A stretch of 9,566 nt of DNA from Candidatus Pacearchaeota archaeon (GTDB taxonomy: Archaea; Nanobdellota; Nanobdellia; Pacearchaeales; GW2011-AR1). A program made the position numbers and the translations under genes. Below the pieces are notes generated by a model. The model ran no database searches. It saw only the letters and a program-made list of their open reading frames with translations, and had not been told where the DNA came from. This document shows positions 6,005 through 9,566 of the stretch, in pieces (the first letter of the stretch is position 1; every line of letters begins with the position of its first letter). The DNA is taken from assembly GCA_002687255.1 (NCBI GenBank), contig NYZR01000010.1, positions 13,562 through 23,127 of the forward strand, given 5' to 3'.

Positions 6005-6993
6005 CCCAGACTTATCCTACTGTGCAACCTGGGAGAATGAGAAGGAATCCTGTCTTGAGAACCATGGGTGAAATGGCTGTGCCCGGGCCTGAGAAATTTA
6101 TTTGGCCTGTTTTTATTAAGGAAGGGTCTGGTTTGAAGGATCCTATTTCCGCTTTACCTGGACAGTATTACTACAGTGTTGATACTGTTTGTGCTGATAT
6201 TCAGAAAGTTATTGACCAGGGCGTTAAGAGTATTTTGGTTTTCTCTGTTGTTGATTCTGAGGGTAAGGATCGAGATGGAACCGAAGCTTGGAATCTGGAT
6301 GGTGTTGCTCAGCAAGCTGTTCGTGAGATACGGAAGGATTTCCCCGATATTGTGATCTTAGCCGATGTGGGGCTTACTGGGTATACTGAAAGTGGGAGTG
6401 CATATATTTTCAATGAGGGTGGAAGGTTTGATAATGAATTAACTCTTCCAGTTCTCAGAAAAATAGCTTTATCATTTGCAGAGGCTGGAGTTGATGTGGT
6501 GGCTCCAAGTGCGATGGTTGACGGAATGGTTGGGGAAATTAGAAAAGCTCTAGATGAAAAAGGTTTCAAGGAAGTTTCGATTCTAAGTTACTCAACAAAA
6601 ATCAATTCAAATTGTATGAGGACTTTCCCGTTTGGTAATTCTGGAAAGAAACAGATCTTCTTGGATAGGGGTGCTTATTTGACTTCTCCTCTTGACGAAA
6701 GGAAGGCTATTCGGGAGTCTGTAATTGATGAGGCAGAGGGTGCTGATATGTTGATGGTGAAACCTGCAATTCTATATCTAGATTGGATCTCTAATATTAA
6801 GGAGAAGACGAGCATTCCTTTGGTTGCTTATAATGTTAGCGGAGAGTATAGCATGATGGCTGGAATGTTAGAGAAAGGATTTGCTGATCTTCATGGATTG
6901 ATTAAGGAGACACTCTGTTCTATTCATCGTGCTGGTGCTGATGTGATTATTAGTTACTGGGCAAATCAGTATGATAAGATTTTCAGGAATTAA
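6001..6993 (+). CDS. hemB: Porphobilinogen synthase (delta-aminolevulinate dehydratase, HemB)-like TIM-barrel enzyme; divergent member
   Basis: 330 aa with HemB landmarks in order: RMRRNPVLR, WPVFIKEG, ALPGQ, VAPSAMVDG, YSTK (Lys at 6598..6600), ADMLMVKPA (Lys at 6760..6762), AYNVSGEY, IISYW. ATG 6001 is chosen over the in-frame TTG at 5965 because of the SD and the ATGA coupling. See findings for the missing or altered motifs. Confidence 0.85.
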   Translation: MTQTYPTVQPGRMRRNPVLRTMGEMAVPGPEKFIWPVFIKEGSGLKDPISALPGQYYYSVDTVCADIQKVIDQGVKSILVFSVVDSEGKDRDGTEAWNLDGVAQQAVREIRKDFPDIVILADVGLTGYTESGSAYIFNEGGRFDNELTLPVLRKIALSFAEAGVDVVAPSAMVDGMVGEIRKALDEKGFKEVSILSYSTKINSNCMRTFPFGNSGKKQIFLDRGAYLTSPLDERKAIRESVIDEAEGADMLMVKPAILYLDWISNIKEKTSIPLVAYNVSGEYSMMAGMLEKGFADLHGLIKETLCSIHRAGADVIISYWANQYDKIFRN

Positions 6994-7329
6994 TTAGGAA
7001 ACTTTTGTTCCTGCAGGTGCGTCTTGATCGGGAGTGAGGAGCGTTACTGAGGAATGATCGTCGGAGACGGCTGCGAGGAGCATGCCGTTGCTTTCTACTC
7101 CTCCGAGTTTGGCGGGTTCGAGGTTTGCTATGATGACGATCTTTTTGTCTTTGAGGCTTTCTATGTCGTAGTGTTGTTTGATTCCTGCTACGATGGTTCT
7201 TTGTTCGTCGCCGAGGTCTATTTCTAGTTTGAGGAGTTTGTCTTTGCCTTCGATTTCTTCTGCTTTTTTGATTTGTGCGACTCTGAGGTCGAGTTTTGCG
7301 AAGTCTGTGAAGGGGATTTTGTCTGTCAT
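6994..7329 (-). CDS. Stand-alone tRNA-binding OB-fold protein (Trbp111/CsaA/EMAPII type; 'MetRS beta-subunit' / MetRS C-terminal-domain homologue)
   Basis: FTDFAKLDLRVAQIKKAEEIEGKDKLLKLEIDLGDEQRTIVAGIKQHY...KIVIIANLEPAKLGGVESNGMLLAA matches the tRNA_bind domain pattern found at MetRS C-termini. Its stop codon directly abuts the hemB-like stop (6993/6994). Confidence 0.85.
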   Translation of the reverse strand: MTDKIPFTDFAKLDLRVAQIKKAEEIEGKDKLLKLEIDLGDEQRTIVAGIKQHYDIESLKDKKIVIIANLEPAKLGGVESNGMLLAAVSDDHSSVTLLTPDQDAPAGTKVS

Positions 7330-7355
7330 TGTATCTTTTGGAAGAGGATGGGGGC

Positions 7356-7363
7356 TTTTTTAA
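7356..7363 (-). promoter_or_regulatory. TATA-box-like element (minus strand TTAAAAAA) about 30 nt upstream of the tRNA-binding protein ATG
   Basis: The plus strand reads TTTTTTAA at 7356..7363 and the start codon is at 7329. Confidence 0.35.
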
Positions 7364-7396
7364 TCTTTGTTCTGGGGTTGTTGGGTTTTCGAAAGA

Positions 7397-7404
7397 TTTA
7401 AATA
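7397..7404 (+). promoter_or_regulatory. TATA-box-like element (TTTAAATA) about 25 nt upstream of the ATG at 7425
   Basis: Read directly. It supports ATG 7425 as a leaderless start rather than the ORF-track start at 7329. Confidence 0.45.
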
Positions 7405-7424
7405 GGTTCTTCCCATATGGGAAT

Positions 7425-7727
7425 ATGGGAGAATTGAAGATTGTGTTGCCTGAGGAGGTTGAGCAGAAGTTTCGTAAGTTGGCTATGCAACGGTTTGGGT
7501 ATCAGAAGGGTGCATTGAGTAAGGCTGGGCAAAAGGCGGTAGAGGAGTGGTCTGTGATGCACTCTGACGAAATGGATATGGGGTCTGCTGATGAGAATCC
7601 TATTTTGGCGTTGAGGGGTATCTTGAAGCATGTGAAGAAGACTTCTGTGGAATTGCAGCATGAGGCTTGGGACGGTGTTTATGAGAACTTTGCAAAAAAA
7701 CGAAAAGGTTCTCAACGAGGAGTTTGA
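7425..7727 (+). CDS. Ribbon-helix-helix (CopG/VapB-like) putative antitoxin
   Basis: The N-terminus MGELKIVLPEEVEQKFRKLAMQRFGYQKGALSKAGQKAVEEW fits a beta-strand / helix / helix RHH pattern. The gene lies immediately upstream of a PIN-domain gene on the same strand. The upstream in-frame extension (7329..7424) overlaps the divergent gene's start and promoter and was discarded. Confidence 0.55.
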   Translation: MGELKIVLPEEVEQKFRKLAMQRFGYQKGALSKAGQKAVEEWSVMHSDEMDMGSADENPILALRGILKHVKKTSVELQHEAWDGVYENFAKKRKGSQRGV

Positions 7728-7791
7728 ATGAGCGAAATCTCACATTTTGGAGGCCGTGAATTTTACTGTTTGGTTTGTTCAAACTCCTTTT

Positions 7792-8211
7792 ATGAAAAAC
7801 ATACTGGTCGACGCTAATATTTTTTTGGAGTTCTTCCTAGGACAGGAGAAGGCCGATCTTTGTGGTGAGCTGTTGAAGATGTTTGATCGTGGTGAATATA
7901 ATGGGTTTGTTTCGACGTTTACTGTTGATTCTGTTTTGCTTGGGATGTTCAGGAATAAGACAACTTTTCAACAGATGCGTGATTTTTTGCGTGGCGTTCT
8001 CCAATCTAAGGGATTTCAGATGTATGAGCCTACCTTCAAGGATCGATTTGGTGCTTTGGATCTCATGAAGAAACAGGGGTTGGATTATGAAGATGCGTTG
8101 ACGTTACAGGCTGCGTTGTCTTGTGGGTGTAAGCAGATTCTGAGTTTTGATATTCATTTTGATGGGGTTAAGGGGGTTGAGCGGGTTGAAGGGTTTAGTG
8201 AGAAGAGTTAG
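7792..8211 (+). CDS. vapC: PIN-domain ribonuclease (VapC-like toxin)
   Basis: MKNILVDANIFLEFF (first conserved Asp), DYEDALTLQAA and ILSFDIHFD supply the acidic residues in the usual PIN order. ATG 7792 gives the canonical PIN N-terminus; in-frame TTG 7747 and GTG 7756 are possible alternatives. Confidence 0.8.
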   Translation: MKNILVDANIFLEFFLGQEKADLCGELLKMFDRGEYNGFVSTFTVDSVLLGMFRNKTTFQQMRDFLRGVLQSKGFQMYEPTFKDRFGALDLMKKQGLDYEDALTLQAALSCGCKQILSFDIHFDGVKGVERVEGFSEKS

Positions 8212-9566
8212 AGCTTCTGGAATAAGATCGGTGCTTTCTTTATTTTCTTTTTTGTGTCGAGTGGTTTGTTGAGTTGGGCTTTGTCGAGTTTGAAATGGAA
8301 GGCTTTTGCTATCTTTTCTGCAGCTTCTGGGATGAACGGACTCAGAAGAATGGCGGTGTCTTTGATGGCGTTGGCTGCTTCTCCGAGGATCTTTTTGTCT
8401 TTGGTTGCCCAGGGCTTCTTTGTTTGTAGATAGGCGTTGGTGAGGTCGATGTATGCGAAGATTTCGTTGAGGGCTTTGTCTAGTTCGTAGTTTTCCAGGA
8501 GCTTTTCGGTGTTTTTTATTGTTGCTTCGGAGTTGAGATTGGTTTGCTTTTGATTTTCAAAACCATATTTTTCTATTAGTGTGCTTACTCTGGAAACTAG
8601 GTTGCCGAGTTTGTCGGCAAGTTCGTTGTTGTGTCTGTCTTTGAGGGCTTTTTCGGAGAAGTCTCCGTCTTCTCCGGTAGCGAAGGGGAATTGTCGAGAG
8701 CAGAAGTATCTGATGGTGTCTGCTCCGTATTTTTCTACTAGTGTTGTTGGGGAGATGGAGTTTCCTAGAGATTTGGAGATTTTCTGGCCGTTGAAGGTGA
8801 GGAAGCCGTGGTTGAAGACTGTCTTTGGCAGGGGCAAGCCAGCGGCTTTCAAGAAGGCTGGCCAGTAGACACAATGGAACCATGTGTTGTCTTTTCCTAG
8901 AACGTGGAGATCGGTGGGCCAGTATTTCTTATTTCCTTTTTGGAGCGTAGGTGTGTAATAGTTGAAGAGAGCGTCAAACCATACATACGTTACGTGGTCT
9001 TTATCGAAAGGAACAGGGACGCCCCAGTCGAAGTTTGTTCTTGAGATGGACAGATCGTTGAGGCCTTCTTTCACTCGGGAGATGACCTCATTACGGCGCT
9101 CTTTGGGGAGAACGAATTCTGGATGGTCTTTATAGAGTTTGAGGAGGAAGTCTTGGTATTTGCTGAGTTTGAAAAAGTAAGAGAGTTCTTTGAGGTGTTC
9201 TAGAGGTTTGTTGTGGACAGGGCATAATAGGTCTGTGTCTGACTCACTATTGCTGTGGGCTTGCTCGCCTTGCTGCGCAGCTCCTCGCTGCGGTGAGCAG
9301 ACATCATTTTCCGTATAGTATTGTTCACAGCTTGTGCAGTAAAGACCTTCATATTCTCCGAGATAGATGTCTCCAGACTTGTTGACTTTTTCTAGCATGT
9401 CTTGGACGAGCTTTTGATGATCTTTGTCTGTTGTTCGGATGAATCTGTCTGGCTTGATGCCCAACGAGGTCCAGGCTGCTTCGAACTTTGGAGCTATGTG
9501 GTCTACAAATTCCTTCGGTTCTTTTCCTGCGGCTTCTGCCGCTTGGGCGATTTTCTTTCCGTGTTC
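8208..9566 (-). CDS. metG: Methionine--tRNA ligase catalytic core, N-terminus beyond the right window edge; lacks the fused C-terminal tRNA-binding domain
   Basis: The frame is open to base 9566 (EHGKKIAQAAEAAGKEPKEFVDHIAPKFEAAWTSLGIKPDRFIRTTD...). Zinc-knuckle segment YCTSC...CPVH at 9213..9338. KMSKS-class motif KISKS at 8769..8783. Also SYFFKL and YVWFDAL, and an anticodon-binding helical C-terminus ending ...APILFQKL. Confidence 0.92.
   Translation of the reverse strand, partial: EHGKKIAQAAEAAGKEPKEFVDHIAPKFEAAWTSLGIKPDRFIRTTDKDHQKLVQDMLEKVNKSGDIYLGEYEGLYCTSCEQYYTENDVCSPQRGAAQQGEQAHSNSESDTDLLCPVHNKPLEHLKELSYFFKLSKYQDFLLKLYKDHPEFVLPKERRNEVISRVKEGLNDLSISRTNFDWGVPVPFDKDHVTYVWFDALFNYYTPTLQKGNKKYWPTDLHVLGKDNTWFHCVYWPAFLKAAGLPLPKTVFNHGFLTFNGQKISKSLGNSISPTTLVEKYGADTIRYFCSRQFPFATGEDGDFSEKALKDRHNNELADKLGNLVSRVSTLIEKYGFENQKQTNLNSEATIKNTEKLLENYELDKALNEIFAYIDLTNAYLQTKKPWATKDKKILGEAANAIKDTAILLSPFIPEAAEKIAKAFHFKLDKAQLNKPLDTKKKIKKAPILFQKL

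Noticed and set aside
7329-7424. An N-terminal extension of the RHH antitoxin ORF (ORF-track start at 7329)
   Set aside because: It would begin inside the divergent gene's start codon and run through both TATA-like boxes. ATG 7425 sits 25 nt after a TTTAAATA box and gives a canonical RHH N-terminus.
7330-8215. The VapBC cassette as a discrete mobile element with terminal repeats
   Set aside because: I could find no convincing direct or inverted repeats at the two borders and no transposase or integrase. Insertion remains an inference from gene order only.
9234-9299. The MetRS knuckle insertion as a possible intein or mobile-element remnant
   Set aside because: At about 22 aa it is far too short, it has no intein splicing blocks or Cys/Ser-...-HN boundaries, and it carries an internal tandem 9-mer that points to slippage duplication instead.
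1-9566. A CRISPR array, rRNA, an IS element or prophage genes
   Set aside because: There are no regularly spaced direct repeats, no rRNA-like conserved stretches, and no transposase, integrase or capsid-like ORFs in any frame.

Overview
This is a compact, gene-dense window of about 45% GC with 13 supported CDSs and very short or overlapping junctions. It most likely comes from a small-genome archaeon, possibly DPANN-like. Supporting this call are an archaeal-type MinD, a TrmB-family regulator, and TTTAAATA-like boxes about 20-30 nt upstream of several start codons, which suggests leaderless mRNAs. Left to right: the 3' part of an M3B oligoendopeptidase F (HELGH motif); an unknown 147-aa protein followed by MinD; a 242-bp G/T-rich spacer; an orphan acidic 130-aa protein; a minus-strand UPF0175 antitoxin / DUF3368 PIN-like toxin pair; a minus-strand TrmB-family regulator. 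Divergent from the regulator is a two-gene operon, an LCMT/TcmP-like SAM methyltransferase translationally coupled to a divergent HemB-like porphobilinogen synthase. Then come a stand-alone tRNA-binding (Trbp111 / MetRS C-terminal type) protein, a plus-strand RHH + PIN (VapBC-like) pair, and the methionyl-tRNA synthetase core, which runs off the right edge. I saw no rRNA, tRNA, CRISPR array, transposase or integrase. Items worth a second look: (1) MetRS appears split, with an opposite-strand VapBC cassette exactly between its two pieces; (2) the HemB-like enzyme has no metal-ligand cluster and altered A-site motifs, and is coupled to a methyltransferase under a palindrome-bearing divergent promoter; (3) the top strand is strongly G+T-rich, so synonymous codon choice flips between + and - strand genes; (4) MetRS carries a roughly 22-aa repeat-derived insertion in its zinc knuckle. 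All family assignments come from motif recognition by eye and need HMM or BLAST confirmation.
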